A stretch of DNA of 64,000 bases from Nitrosopumilaceae archaeon (GCA_965214835.1 CBDCCK010000002.1:1376001-1440000), one strand, 5' to 3'. Shown: positions 49,215 through 59,989, numbered from the stretch's first letter. Notes: generated by a model not told the origin, from the sequence alone. Numbers and translations: made by a program.

Positions 49215-49333
49215 ACGCCTATTACTATTCTTTTTATTCTGTTTTCTAGCGCAGTTGGGTTAAACCTGCTAAGCTACTTGTTTACATTATGATATGTCCT
49301 ACAAAATTAAACCCCCAGGATCTATCTTAAAGC

Positions 49334-50389
49334 ATGAATGCCCTGCTATTTGCAGTTGTTTTGACGATGATTTTTGTCCCTGCACACCCCTCGTTTTCCC
49401 AGGCCGTGGACAGCGATACTGCGATATCCGTAGTCACCACCAGCGACGTGCCATACGTCTATCAGAACTCGGAGGGATACACCACGGTCGTAGGGGAGGT
49501 TGAAAACCGTAACCGCCTTACTGCCATGTCCGACATTGTAGTAGTTGCCACCTTCCTTGACGCCTCCGGAAACGTGCTGGATATAAGCAGGGGGGGCCCC
49601 CTGCTTACGGTTGTCGGCGCCCAGTCGACCTCCCCTTACGTCATAACCTCCACCGTCAGGGATCCGGACATAGCGTTCGTCTCCGTTGACGTTGCGGCGT
49701 TCAACTCGTCCCCCTCCAAGGAGGACGGACTGGAAATCGATCACATAGACGTCTTGCATGCCGAAACGCTAGAGTTCTCCGCCACAATCTCCAACTCCGG
49801 CAACTCCCCGTCGACTGACACCAGGGTCTATCTGGCATACTATGACGTGTTTGATCCACCGAGGCTCTTGAGCGTCGAGACAATCGAGGCAGGCGACATC
49901 CCGATAGGCCAGACACTGGACATTGAGTTCTCCGGCATCCCAAGCCCCCGGGCGGTGGGATTTCAAGTACTTGCAGAGTCTGACACCATGACGTCAAGTC
50001 CGCTAGACATAGACATTCCGGAGCAGCAGCTGATTACACGCATGGTGTCGATCTCTGATCTCTCAGTATCCGATGATCAGGGAAGGCCGGCATCAAGCGT
50101 TCCGGCCGGAGCCGAGGTCAGCATAGGAAGCAGGCTGCTGTTCCAGTCTACTGCCAACGACCGAATCCAGTCATATGTGTACTATGTGCAGATCAAGCAG
50201 TCAGGCGTGCCGTACGTGGAGTTCATAGGAAGCACCGCGGGAACGATATACAACACCCCGTCATCGGACGTCTCGGTCCTGTGGACTCCTGCAAACCCCG
50301 GCCTGTACTTTGTCGAGACCTTTGTCTGGGATGCCCAGAACGTGCCCATTGCACCAAAGGGCCCGGTCTCGCTAGTCCTGGTGCGCTAG
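49334..50389 (+). CDS. Exported Ig-like repeat protein (FxLYD-like)
   Basis: Signal peptide; VVGEVEN...ATFLDASG; YFVETFVW. Confidence 0.7.
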   Translation: MNALLFAVVLTMIFVPAHPSFSQAVDSDTAISVVTTSDVPYVYQNSEGYTTVVGEVENRNRLTAMSDIVVVATFLDASGNVLDISRGGPLLTVVGAQSTSPYVITSTVRDPDIAFVSVDVAAFNSSPSKEDGLEIDHIDVLHAETLEFSATISNSGNSPSTDTRVYLAYYDVFDPPRLLSVETIEAGDIPIGQTLDIEFSGIPSPRAVGFQVLAESDTMTSSPLDIDIPEQQLITRMVSISDLSVSDDQGRPASSVPAGAEVSIGSRLLFQSTANDRIQSYVYYVQIKQSGVPYVEFIGSTAGTIYNTPSSDVSVLWTPANPGLYFVETFVWDAQNVPIAPKGPVSLVLVR

Positions 50390-50423
50390 TAGGTTTATTT
50401 TCAGACAGGACGCCCACTAGCAT

Positions 50424-50888
50424 ATGGCCCAGTTTGAGACCGCAGCCATGGGGGGAACGTTTGATCTCCTGCACAGGGGCCACCTTGAGCTGCTCGGCCG
50501 GGCGTTCTCGGCATCGTCCCTTGTCATCATTGGGCTGACAAGCGACGACTTTGCGGCCCGGCGCGGCAAGACGACATTTCACAACTATGTGCAGAGGCTT
50601 GGGAACCTGTCCGCCCTGATCAGGAAGCATTTCCCAGACGCAAAATACCAGATAAGGCGCCTTGACGATGACTTTGGGCCCGCCGTGCTAGAGGAGGGGG
50701 TGCAGGCGCTAGTCGTCAGCGACGAGACCAGCAGCCAGGGACGGGTTCTCAACGACATGCGAAAAAGGCGCGGCCTTGCCCCGGTCAGGGTCATAGTCGT
50801 CCCAATGATCCTAGCCAGGGACGGGCAGCCCATATCCAGCACGAGGCTGAGGAACTCCGAGGTCGATTTTGACGGGAATCCGAGTTGA
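50424..50888 (+). CDS. coaD: Phosphopantetheine adenylyltransferase (archaeal)
   Basis: GGTFDLLHRGH, VVSDET, ISSTRLR. Confidence 0.9.
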   Translation: MAQFETAAMGGTFDLLHRGHLELLGRAFSASSLVIIGLTSDDFAARRGKTTFHNYVQRLGNLSALIRKHFPDAKYQIRRLDDDFGPAVLEEGVQALVVSDETSSQGRVLNDMRKRRGLAPVRVIVVPMILARDGQPISSTRLRNSEVDFDGNPS

Positions 50889-50948
50889 CCCGGAGCTCCT
50901 CTAACTTTGAGCTATGCAACTAAAGCAGGATTCTGAGACCCATCACCC

Positions 50949-51278
50949 GTGGCAATCATCGACAGGATGCTCAAAAAGCTAGACGACGACGTCTCCTGCA
51001 TGCAGAGGGGGCTGCAGCCAGACAGCCTGGCACACTGGTACGGAGTCGTGATCCGGGAGGCAAGGCGGCTTGCCCCCGCCCACCTGCAGGACAAAATCAG
51101 CGTAAGGCAGGATCCCATACTTTTGATGAGGTTCAACCTGGACGTGTCAAAGCGCGCCGTCAGGTACCTGATGATGGCAGTAGACGACAATCTCGAGAGG
51201 ATGCCCTACACCACGAGGCTGTACTTTCTCAGGGTCCAAGAGGCGCTGGCCGGGGAGGCTGACAGGTCCCTGGCATGA
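50949..51278 (+). CDS. Hypothetical protein
   Basis: Compact ORF with host-like codon usage among core genes. Confidence 0.65.
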   Translation: MAIIDRMLKKLDDDVSCMQRGLQPDSLAHWYGVVIREARRLAPAHLQDKISVRQDPILLMRFNLDVSKRAVRYLMMAVDDNLERMPYTTRLYFLRVQEALAGEADRSLA

Positions 51279-51279
51279 A

Positions 51280-51561
51280 TCACCCCTTGGTTATCTCCAC
51301 ATCCCCGGCAGAGGCTGCCGTCCCCACGATCCTATGCCTGTGCTCCAGGACGGACTGGACAAAGTCTGCGAACCTGTCTGCATTGCCGCCGTCCTTGAAC
51401 ATGATGCTGTGCGCGGATCCGTCCCTGACTGCGATTACCACCTCGCCTCCAACTATGTTCAGAATCTTCGTGATGCAAGTCTCCCTGCCCCGGTCCCGGT
51501 AGATGAGGCCGGCAAGCTTTTGGGCCTCGTACCCGTCCTCGCAGCTGACTCGGATCCTCAC
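51280..51561 (-). CDS. Hypothetical protein coupled to trpS
   Basis: GTGA overlap with the trpS stop. Confidence 0.7.
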   Translation of the reverse strand: MRIRVSCEDGYEAQKLAGLIYRDRGRETCITKILNIVGGEVVIAVRDGSAHSIMFKDGGNADRFADFVQSVLEHRHRIVGTAASAGDVEITKG

Positions 51562-52670
51562 TTGTCCTGCAGGAGAAACTCCCCCAGCCGGTCCCTGGCC
51601 GCCTCCCTCCTCTCCTGGTGTGATGCCAGGAACTCGTTTATCCTGTCAATCAGGATCGCCTTTAGCTCCCCCGTCAGCATCCTGCCTGACTTGTAGTCGT
51701 CATGGATTGCCCTGAGCCTAGAGTCGTCGGGCTCGAAGAATATCCTGAGATACTGGTAGGACACGTCGACGTCCGGATCCCCGCCCAGCCTCCTGTGCTC
51801 GCCGACGTCGGGCCGCCCCCCGGAGAAGGCGTACCTGTTTATCTTTTTTCTGACCGTATCCGGTGCATCGGTCGTGTATATGGTCCCGTTCTCGTCTGAG
51901 GCAGACATCTTCCCGCCGGGCCCCTGCAGCGAGGGAATCATGATGTTGTGGATAAGCGCCGGCTTTGGCCTTCCCATCCTGGGTGCCGCATCCCTTGTCA
52001 GCCTAAAGTGGGGATCCTGGTCGACTCCCAGCGGAATCAGGACCGGCCTGTCCTCCATGAAGCACGGCGCGGACTGGAGCGCCGTGTAGAAGATCATCCC
52101 GATGTTGGTCTGGCCGGTAAACCCGAAGGTGGCCTTTGTGTTGGAAAAGTTGATCCTCTTGGCAACCTCGGCCGCTATCGGGTAAAGCGTCCGGATGTCC
52201 CTCGTGTTGATTATTATCCTCGTCTTCTCGGGCCTGAATCCCAGCGCGATAAAGTCAAGCGCGTTCTCATATGCAAGATCCCTGGTCTCACCCAGCGACA
52301 GGCCCTGCTTTGAGAAGAACTTTTCGTCGTCTGTCAGCTGAAAGTACATGCTTGCGCCGAATCTGTCCTGCAGCCACTTTGCAAAGACCCACGGAACAAG
52401 ATGCCCTATGTGCGTGTGCCCGGAGGGGCCCCTGCCCGTATACAGAAAGAACCCGTTCCCCCTCCGGTACTCGTCTAGGATCCGCCCCAGATCCCTGTGC
52501 GAGAAGAACACCCCGCGCCTGAGCATAAAGTGGTCCTCCCCCGCCGCCTCCCTGATCCTCCCGAGCAGCTCCTGTGAGATCTTTTGCGTTCCAAACTGCC
52601 GGGTTAGCCTGTCATAGTCGATGTTCCCCTCGACATGCCAGGGGGTAACGACAAAATCATCAGCTGGCAT
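51558..52670 (-). CDS. trpS: Tryptophanyl-tRNA synthetase
   Basis: VTPW, YTGRGPS..HIGH, DQDPHFR, KMSAS. Confidence 0.97.
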   Translation of the reverse strand: MPADDFVVTPWHVEGNIDYDRLTRQFGTQKISQELLGRIREAAGEDHFMLRRGVFFSHRDLGRILDEYRRGNGFFLYTGRGPSGHTHIGHLVPWVFAKWLQDRFGASMYFQLTDDEKFFSKQGLSLGETRDLAYENALDFIALGFRPEKTRIIINTRDIRTLYPIAAEVAKRINFSNTKATFGFTGQTNIGMIFYTALQSAPCFMEDRPVLIPLGVDQDPHFRLTRDAAPRMGRPKPALIHNIMIPSLQGPGGKMSASDENGTIYTTDAPDTVRKKINRYAFSGGRPDVGEHRRLGGDPDVDVSYQYLRIFFEPDDSRLRAIHDDYKSGRMLTGELKAILIDRINEFLASHQERREAARDRLGEFLLQDK

Positions 52671-52721
52671 CCACAGAATCTTGGGTTAAGGTTTAAAAAG
52701 TCTTTTTGGGACTTTTTGCTA

Positions 52722-54110
52722 TTGTCCCGGGTCCTGCACGACATTGAAAAAAAAATCATCAGGGAGCTGCAGGACTCGGCAGCATCAACGCCTGAAAAGC
52801 TAGGGCAAAGAACCGGGCTGTCCGCCGACCAGGTCAGGCGCGGGGTCGAGTGGCTCCGGCTCAAGGGCCTTGTTACCGTAGATGAGACAGTCGAGGTCGC
52901 CGTCTCCCTTGGAAAAAACGGCCTGGACGCGCTGGAAAACGGACTGCCCGAGCGCCGGCTGCTGGACCTGGTCAGGGGCGGGGCGCAGAAAATCGCCGAC
53001 CTGCAAGAACAGCTGGGATCCCTCTTTGGCCCCGCAATGGGGGCCGCAAAGCGCAGCGGCTGGGTTCAGGCGGCAGGCGGCGAGGTGTCCCTTGCAAGAT
53101 ATCCCGGCAGGCTGTCCACAGAGCACGTCCTTGAGCACATAGGCAGGGGCGCGGTCCGGCCGGACACGATGCCCGATCCGGGATCATACAACCTCCTCAG
53201 GGGGCGCCCCGATTATATCGTGGAGAGTATAATAAAGTCAAGGACCGTCCGGCTTGCCGATTCTGCCAGGGGCATCGATCCCGACATATCGGGCGGCATG
53301 GACGTGGAGGCCGAGGTTCCGCCCTCATTTGCCGCAAGGCGGCACCCCCTAAAGGAGACGATTGGGGAGATCCGGGAGGTCTTTGTCACGCTGGGATTCT
53401 CCGAGATAACAGGCAGCCTCTCGCAGCCCAGCTTTTGGAACTTTGATGCGCTGTTCACCCCGCAGGATCACCCCGCGCGCGAGATGCAGGACACCTTCTA
53501 TCTGGACGGGCCAAGTGCCGGGCGGGTCGCCACCGCACAGCAGGTCAGCAACGTCTCTGCATCCCACAGGAGGGGATGGCGGTACCGCTGGGACGCGGGG
53601 GAGGCAAGAAGAATGGTTCTGCGCACGCACACGACCTGCGTCACCATCCGTCACCTGGCAGAGAGCAGGCCGGAGGAGGCCCGCGTGTTCTCGCTGGGCA
53701 GGGTGTTCAGGAACGAAAAGACCAGCTACAAGCACTTGGCGGAGTTTCACCAGGTGGAGGGCGTGCTGGTCGGGGCGGGATCTACGCTCCGCGACCTGAT
53801 GGGCATTCAGAGGGAGTTTTACAGGAGGATCGGGATTACCAAGGTAAAGTTCTGGCCGACGTTTTTCCCGTATACAGAGCCCTCGCTGCAGACCATGGTA
53901 TACAATGAAAGGCTTGGCAGGTGGGTGGAGCTGTTCGGCATGGGGATCTTCAGGCCCGAGGTCACGCGGCCGCTGGGAATCACGAGGCCCGTGCTTGCAT
54001 GGGGCGGGGGCATTGAAAGGATCGCGATGCTCCGGTACGGGCTTGACGACGTCCGCGAGCTCTACAACAACGACCTTGGCTGGCTGAGGGGTGCATCACG
54101 ATGCCGGTAG
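52722..54110 (+). CDS. pheS: Phenylalanyl-tRNA synthetase alpha subunit
   Basis: FWNFDALF.PQDHPAREMQDTF, LRTHTT, FPYTEPS; probable TTG start. Confidence 0.96.
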   Translation: MSRVLHDIEKKIIRELQDSAASTPEKLGQRTGLSADQVRRGVEWLRLKGLVTVDETVEVAVSLGKNGLDALENGLPERRLLDLVRGGAQKIADLQEQLGSLFGPAMGAAKRSGWVQAAGGEVSLARYPGRLSTEHVLEHIGRGAVRPDTMPDPGSYNLLRGRPDYIVESIIKSRTVRLADSARGIDPDISGGMDVEAEVPPSFAARRHPLKETIGEIREVFVTLGFSEITGSLSQPSFWNFDALFTPQDHPAREMQDTFYLDGPSAGRVATAQQVSNVSASHRRGWRYRWDAGEARRMVLRTHTTCVTIRHLAESRPEEARVFSLGRVFRNEKTSYKHLAEFHQVEGVLVGAGSTLRDLMGIQREFYRRIGITKVKFWPTFFPYTEPSLQTMVYNERLGRWVELFGMGIFRPEVTRPLGITRPVLAWGGGIERIAMLRYGLDDVRELYNNDLGWLRGASRCR

Positions 54111-55738
54111 TCGGGCTGAGCCTCTCGCGGATGCAGAAGCTCCTGGGGGGCAGGGCCTCCGGGAGGGCCATCCTTGAGACGCTGCCGTTTCTGGGCCTGG
54201 ACATAGAGTCCGAGTCCGGCGACGACGTAAGGGTGGAGTACAGCCCCAACAGGCCCGACTATTCGACTGACTATGGGATATCTATGGGACTCGAGGGGCT
54301 GCTGGGCATCAGGAGGGGGGGAGTGGACCTGAGGATCCGCAAGGGCAGCTACCGGATCAGGGCGGACCCGTCCGTCTCCCGAGTGCGTCCCTGTATCACG
54401 GGAGTCTGTGCGCTGGGACGCACAGTTGACGAGGACATGATAAGGCAGCTGATCTCCATGCAGGAGGACCTGCACTCTGGGATAGGCAGGAGGCGCAAAA
54501 AGTCCTCGATAGGAATCCATGATCTTGGCGCGGTATCGTTTCCCCTGCGGTACACGACGGTGCGCCGCAGCCACGAGATGACCCCGCTCAACGAGGCCGG
54601 GCCGATGAGCATCAAGAGGATCCTTTCGGACACCCGGACGGGACAAGACTATGGCCACCTGCTGGGCAGCTCGGGATCCGTCCCCGTTATAATCGACTCG
54701 CAGGGAGGAACCGTCTCGCTTCCGCCCGTAATCAACGCGTCTGCGACTGCAGTCACGCCCGGGACCCGCGGCCTGTTCGTCGAGGTCACGGGCATGGACA
54801 GGGAGGACGTCGAGGACGCGCTGTCGGTCGTGGCCGTCACCCTGCAGAGGGCCGGATTCGGGCTATACCAGGTGAGGATATCGGGCGCCGGGAACTCGAC
54901 GCCCTCCCTTGCAGGAAGGAGGATGCTGCTTGATCCGGGGCTAGTCGGCCAGTCGCTGGGACTGCAGCTGCCGCCGCCTGCCATCATATCATCGCTCAAA
55001 AAGTCCAGGATAACTGCAGTGCGGCGGGGCAAAAGGATCCAGTGCATGATTCCGCGGTACCGATTTGACATCCTGGGGCCGATGGATATTGTAGAGGAGG
55101 TCGCCCTGGGATACGGCATTGAGAGGATCCTGCCTAGGCTCCTGCCGTCGCAGACGGTTGGCAGTGCCGGCCACACGGCAAGGCGCCTGCGGATGGTGGA
55201 TGACATGCTGACGGGACTCGGGTACACGGAGGCCCTCAACTCCAGCCTTACCAGCACGGACGCCCTGTACGGGCCGGCCAACCGCCCTCCGGAGGGCGCC
55301 ATATCGGTCCTTGACTCCAAGAGCCGGGAGCACACGATCCTCAGGGACTCGATACTGCCCGGGCTGGTGCGGAACCTGTCTGCAAACATACACCAGGCAT
55401 ACCCGCAGAGGCTCTATGAGACCGGCACGGTCTTTGCTGCCGGGAGCCCCGTCTGCGAGCGGGTCAGCCTTGCGGCGGTAGCTGCCCACGGGGATGCCAA
55501 CTATTCGGAGCTAAAGTCCGTGCTGCAGTCTGCGCTTCGTACCGGCTTTGGCATCGCCGTCGAGACCCGGGCCTCCAATGATCCGCTCTTTGAGGACGGC
55601 CGGTCCGCAGACGTGCTGGCCGCAGGCAGGAGGGTCGGAACAATAGGCCAGGTCAGCTCGGCCGCCCTTGAGCGCCTCAGGATCCGCGTCCCCGTCGTGG
55701 GCTTTGAGGTGGTCCTGACTGGATTAATATTTGATTAG
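54101..55738 (+). CDS. pheT: Phenylalanyl-tRNA synthetase beta subunit
   Basis: PNRPD, SIGIHD, R.DI....DIVEEVA..YG. Confidence 0.95.
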   Translation: MPVVGLSLSRMQKLLGGRASGRAILETLPFLGLDIESESGDDVRVEYSPNRPDYSTDYGISMGLEGLLGIRRGGVDLRIRKGSYRIRADPSVSRVRPCITGVCALGRTVDEDMIRQLISMQEDLHSGIGRRRKKSSIGIHDLGAVSFPLRYTTVRRSHEMTPLNEAGPMSIKRILSDTRTGQDYGHLLGSSGSVPVIIDSQGGTVSLPPVINASATAVTPGTRGLFVEVTGMDREDVEDALSVVAVTLQRAGFGLYQVRISGAGNSTPSLAGRRMLLDPGLVGQSLGLQLPPPAIISSLKKSRITAVRRGKRIQCMIPRYRFDILGPMDIVEEVALGYGIERILPRLLPSQTVGSAGHTARRLRMVDDMLTGLGYTEALNSSLTSTDALYGPANRPPEGAISVLDSKSREHTILRDSILPGLVRNLSANIHQAYPQRLYETGTVFAAGSPVCERVSLAAVAAHGDANYSELKSVLQSALRTGFGIAVETRASNDPLFEDGRSADVLAAGRRVGTIGQVSSAALERLRIRVPVVGFEVVLTGLIFD

Positions 55739-56176
55739 CGGCGTGGATTCATTGCCCAAAAGAGCAGTGCACGCAGACGGATCAGGATGATGCAGATCGT
55801 ATCGATTCCGGTGATTCCTGGTTCACCCAGGCGTGCTACATCTGGGCAGCCCCGGCAAAAGAGCCGAGGGAGGATGATGGCTATGCCGATGATCCTGCGC
55901 GAGTCAGAGCCGGGGGACACTTTTTTGAGCGTATCACAGGCGAGACTGGCAGTCTTGCACCCGGCCTCCTGCTGTCGCCTCCGGCATCCATGTCACTCCT
56001 GCGCTGCCTTGCGGCGCATTTTATCTGCCGCCCCGTGGGTGCCTGCATCCGTCGCTTGATCGGTAACGCGCAAGGCATTTACCCGCCTTCAGATCTTAGG
56101 CGGAACTAATTTTCATATGATACACTGGCTGTTTTCAGAAAAACAGTTAAACGCAGAAAACCCCCAACAGTATTTC

Positions 56177-56599
56177 ATGGCAAACTACTGGCTGGCAAAG
56201 CAGGAGCCGGGCGGGCCGCGGGGATACAGCCTTGAGCAGCTCAAGGCCGACAAGAGGACCGTCTGGGACGGCGTCCACAACAACCTTGCGCTCAAGCACA
56301 TGAAAAACATGAGAAAGGGAGATCTTGCACTGTTCTACCACACCGGCACCGAGCGGCAGGCGGTAGGAATCATGGAGGTTGCAAGGAACCCGTACCCGAA
56401 CCCCGAGGAGGACAATGAGCGATTCATCGTAGTCGACGTACGGTACAGGGAGCACCTCAAGAACCCGGTAACCCTGGATCAGATGAAAAAAGAGCCCAAG
56501 TTTGCAAGCTGGGAGCTGCTGAGAATCTCCAGGCTCTCGGTCATGCCCGTACCCGTGGACATATGGAACAGGATACTGCAAATGTCCAAAGGACGATGA
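56177..56599 (+). CDS. EVE domain protein
   Basis: YWL.K.EP, WDGV.N..A, GD...FYH, RLSVMPV. Confidence 0.9.
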   Translation: MANYWLAKQEPGGPRGYSLEQLKADKRTVWDGVHNNLALKHMKNMRKGDLALFYHTGTERQAVGIMEVARNPYPNPEEDNERFIVVDVRYREHLKNPVTLDQMKKEPKFASWELLRISRLSVMPVPVDIWNRILQMSKGR

Positions 56600-56643
56600 G
56601 AAAAGGCGCGTGCCCCGCCTTTGGCGGACTTGCAGGGTGACAC

Positions 56644-57354
56644 CTATGGCCTGGAATCCCCGTGAATTCTGTTATAATGCTCGATTGACCCCTGCAGCGC
56701 CTCTCTGGATACCAGGCCGCCGGACCGTATCTTTCCAAAGAGTTCGGGGTAGATGAACTCGCGCTCTGAGTACTCTAGTATCCTGTCGTACTCCCCTGCA
56801 AAGTAATGGGGTATCTCCCCGGAGCCCAGCGTCGACTTTACCGGAAAGCCGTAGGCGTGTGCAAGAACGTCGTGTTTGAGACCCTTGATCTGGTAGTCGT
56901 TGAGCGACAGGTGCAGCTGGAGCAGGTCCACGACCTCGGGCCTGTTTATTATCCTCTGGTACAACTGCTCTTCTTCTGCAATCTGGTGGTGGCGCATCCT
57001 GCTGTACAGGAAAAACAGGTCGAATCCCAGGATGTTGTGTCCGATTATCTTGAGCCTGTCCTCGGCCGATCCCCTCTGCAGATCCACCACCGTGTTGTAG
57101 AATTTCCGCAGTATCTCCTTTTCTCCGGACTCCCACTCCTTTAGCCTGAAGGTGTGCGCGTTGTTGACCCTGTACGTTATGAGAATGACCTTGCCATCAA
57201 ACGGCGTCAGCCCGCCGCGCTCGAACTTCCAGTACAGTTTGCGGTTCTCCGAATCCCTGGACAGCACTCCCGAGTCGACCTGCCGCTTTAGCTCAAAGTA
57301 CTCCTCGGAGGTAAAGCTTGGCGCCGTCTCTATATCCACGAACAGGTCCACCAT
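56644..57354 (-). CDS. RNase H-fold 3'-5' exonuclease-like protein
   Basis: VDIET (ExoI) and GHNILGFD (ExoII). Confidence 0.75.
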   Translation of the reverse strand: MVDLFVDIETAPSFTSEEYFELKRQVDSGVLSRDSENRKLYWKFERGGLTPFDGKVILITYRVNNAHTFRLKEWESGEKEILRKFYNTVVDLQRGSAEDRLKIIGHNILGFDLFFLYSRMRHHQIAEEEQLYQRIINRPEVVDLLQLHLSLNDYQIKGLKHDVLAHAYGFPVKSTLGSGEIPHYFAGEYDRILEYSEREFIYPELFGKIRSGGLVSREALQGSIEHYNRIHGDSRP

Positions 57355-57399
57355 GGTATTTCTATACAATACTGCTTGAATTTATGTGATTTAGGCAAT

Positions 57400-57477
57400 A
57401 GACTTTATGCGTAATCGGTTCAGATCCAGGATTATTACGAACAAATTCATCTCATTCGGGCAGATTACGCAAAGTCT
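57400..57477. mobile_element. 78-bp MITE, same family as 35438-35517
   Basis: Same left IR and homologous interior; right IR has a 2-bp deletion. Confidence 0.85.
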
Positions 57478-57670
57478 ATACATTGAAAATCCCTTTGAGG
57501 ATGATTCCTGAGTTGGGCCACATTTGTGAAGACTGATCAAATCATAGCCTGCTGCACAACCTCGATTTTAGGCACGAAAAACCGGCTGTTTTTACGCGTT
57601 CAGGCCCCGGTTGTGCAACAAGCTAAGAACCAAAGCAAGTTTATTAATAGAAACTCGTGCAACAAACCGC

Positions 57671-57784
57671 ATGGAAAGTGTCAAAAAGGACAAAGATGTC
57701 ACAGATGCAGAATACATCAGAAAGATAGCAAAACAATGCATAAAGGACAACGAGCTGATCTTCAAGGCACTGTCTAAAATATGA
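57671..57784 (+). CDS. 37-aa candidate antitoxin of doc, not in the ORF track
   Basis: MESVKKDKDVTDAEYIRKIAKQCIKDNELIFKALSKI; ATGA overlap with doc. Confidence 0.6.
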   Translation: MESVKKDKDVTDAEYIRKIAKQCIKDNELIFKALSKI

Positions 57785-58414
57785 CAGAATACCTCACTGT
57801 CCAGACCATACTACACTTGCACTGTGTTGTTAAGGAACATTTTCATGAGGACATATCTACTGGTAAGATTGACAGAAACAAAATCCAATCAATTATAGAC
57901 AAACCCAAGAGGGTAATTGCTGGTCAGGAAAGTATATCCAACAATATACACAAAGGCCGCGTGCATTATGGAGGCATTTTGCAGAGAGCACATATTTGCA
58001 GATGGAAACAAGCGAACTGCGGTACTTGCAATGTTTACATTCCTTACTATTAACAACCATAACATTGCACTACCGTTCAGTACGGTAAAGTATACTGTGA
58101 AGATTGCGCAACAAGTCGAACAAAGGCCGGAAGACATAGATGCGTTGATCACAGATATCAGCGAGTGGATCGAGGCGCGATCATCGACAAACATTAAAGG
58201 TCACAGAAAGAAAATGATACGATATGTGATCCTGCCGTGGATTGCATTGCTACTGCTGCAATTGTCGATGGTTGGAATTCCAATACACTACCTGATACTG
58301 CGGGATTGGTTTCAGACCAAGACACATCCAGAATACAAATACCGCCTTTGGTTTGCACTAAAGTTTATCATAGTGGTTCCTGCAAAACTAAAGCAGATTA
58401 CAAGACAACAATAA
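57781..58414 (+). pseudogene. doc: Doc/Fic family toxin with a frameshift near 57930 and a hydrophobic C-terminal extension
   Basis: YLT...I..LH in one frame; YPTIYTKAA...HIFADGNKRTA in another. Confidence 0.8.
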
Positions 58415-58432
58415 GTGGCAATTAAAAGATCT

Positions 58433-58497
58433 TGAATACATATGGGCATGAAATGCGCAGGAAGACGCTTTTTGATGATCAAAGACTTTCAATCACC
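58433..58497. repeat. ~65-bp direct repeat (second copy at 60123-60187)
   Basis: tgaaYacatRtgggcatgaa...ggaagacgctttttgatgatcaaa. Confidence 0.85.
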
Positions 58498-58756
58498 ACC
58501 ATAGTTCCAAGACTGATATCCATGTTGGGTGCCTACCTATCATGCTCTGGTGTCATTCCCTCGTGCTTGAAATTCTCTACCTGCTGATCAGACCGACGGG
58601 TGCTTGGCATGGGAGGCGGGGGTTTGCTCCTAGAGATCTCGGAATACCAAATCTGCGTAATAGACCAGACCGCTGCAGCACATAGGCGCGAATTCTGCCG
58701 CAAGTGGGTTTGGATGTGACTGAAAACCGGGGCGGCCGGGATAATTTTGACATATC

Positions 58757-59989
58757 GTGGCCGTTTCGATAAAAACGATCGATTTTCGGCTGTACGCACT
58801 GCCTGGATCCCGCCCACAAACACATAAAATCCGCATATCGGGAGATTCTGCATTGATTCAGCTACCCCTGCAGATAGAGTCAGGCATCGCCGCCATCTTG
58901 GCAATCGTTGCCGCAGTCATAGTCAGCGCAGTCTTTTACGGCATATCTCAAAGAAAGATATCTGCAATCAACAAGAGGCTGCAGCCGCTGAGCGGCCTGG
59001 ATCCGAAGATACAGTACGACGTATCAAGAATCGAGACTGACCTAAAGGCGGCATACGAGGATCTGACCTCACTGAAGACCAACCTGCCGCATACAAACGA
59101 GGTCACGTCCGTACAGGAGAACATGCAGAGGCTCTGCTCTGACTTTACAATTCTGAAGGAGGACATAGCCGATCAGATGAACAAGTTCAAGCTTGGGACC
59201 ACCGAGGATCTGAACAAGACAAGGGACGAGATGATAAAAAACGCGACACAGACGATTACAGAGCACGCAAGCAGCCACCTGGCACAAAACAGCGTATCCA
59301 GAGATGAGTTTGAGGATCTCAAGGAGCGAATCGAGAAGATGCTGGGCGCCGACGAGGTCACAGAGAGGATGGAGATCCTGGAATCGCTGTTTGACTCGCA
59401 GCAGATCAGGACGCTGAACTGGCAGTGCAAGCTGATTAAACTGCTAAACGGGGGGCTGGCGCCCGACGCTGAAGAGGATCTCATCATATCGGAGGGAATC
59501 CCCAAGTCCAGCTGCGACAAGTTCCTCAAAAAACTGGCAGACGGCGGCATCGTCGAGACAAAGAAGATATCCGCGTTTTACCTGGTACCCGAGTACGAGT
59601 GGATCTACAGCTATGTCGACAATCCAGACTGGTTGCAGAATAGGCTGGAGAGCACCATCAAGAAGGAGAGCCAGTACCAGGACTACATAAGGGACAACCT
59701 GCACCTGGTGGAGGACGGGCTGCTGCTAGAAAAGTCAGAGTACAACCTAGAGACGGGGCCGGTTGACTTTTTGTGCAGGGATGCAAACGGGGTGGCAGTA
59801 CTGCTGGAGCTAAAGTATCCTTCGGCTACAACCGCCGTAAAGCGGCAGATAATGGGATACAAAAACGACTATGAGCAAAAATCCGGCAGAACCGATTCCA
59901 GGTTCATCGTGGTCGCCCCGCAGGTTCCAGAGAAGCTAAAGGGGCTGCTTGCCGCAGACGGCATCGAGTACCGGGAGGTCGACTTTTAG
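58757..59989 (+). CDS. Membrane-anchored coiled-coil protein with C-terminal NucS-like endonuclease (start probably TTG near 58852)
   Basis: TM helix, coiled coil, E...Q..I..N...EY....G.VD.L..D......ELK......QI..Y. Confidence 0.75.
   Translation: MAVSIKTIDFRLYALPGSRPQTHKIRISGDSALIQLPLQIESGIAAILAIVAAVIVSAVFYGISQRKISAINKRLQPLSGLDPKIQYDVSRIETDLKAAYEDLTSLKTNLPHTNEVTSVQENMQRLCSDFTILKEDIADQMNKFKLGTTEDLNKTRDEMIKNATQTITEHASSHLAQNSVSRDEFEDLKERIEKMLGADEVTERMEILESLFDSQQIRTLNWQCKLIKLLNGGLAPDAEEDLIISEGIPKSSCDKFLKKLADGGIVETKKISAFYLVPEYEWIYSYVDNPDWLQNRLESTIKKESQYQDYIRDNLHLVEDGLLLEKSEYNLETGPVDFLCRDANGVAVLLELKYPSATTAVKRQIMGYKNDYEQKSGRTDSRFIVVAPQVPEKLKGLLAADGIEYREVDF

Noticed and set aside
51275-56078. Many long antisense or overlapping ORFs in the tRNA-synthetase region and 55740-56080
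   Set aside because: Shadow ORFs of GC-rich coding DNA with no motifs
56177-57354. EVE protein and exonuclease as a defence pair
   Set aside because: Convergent orientation with host-like codon usage, contiguous with core genes
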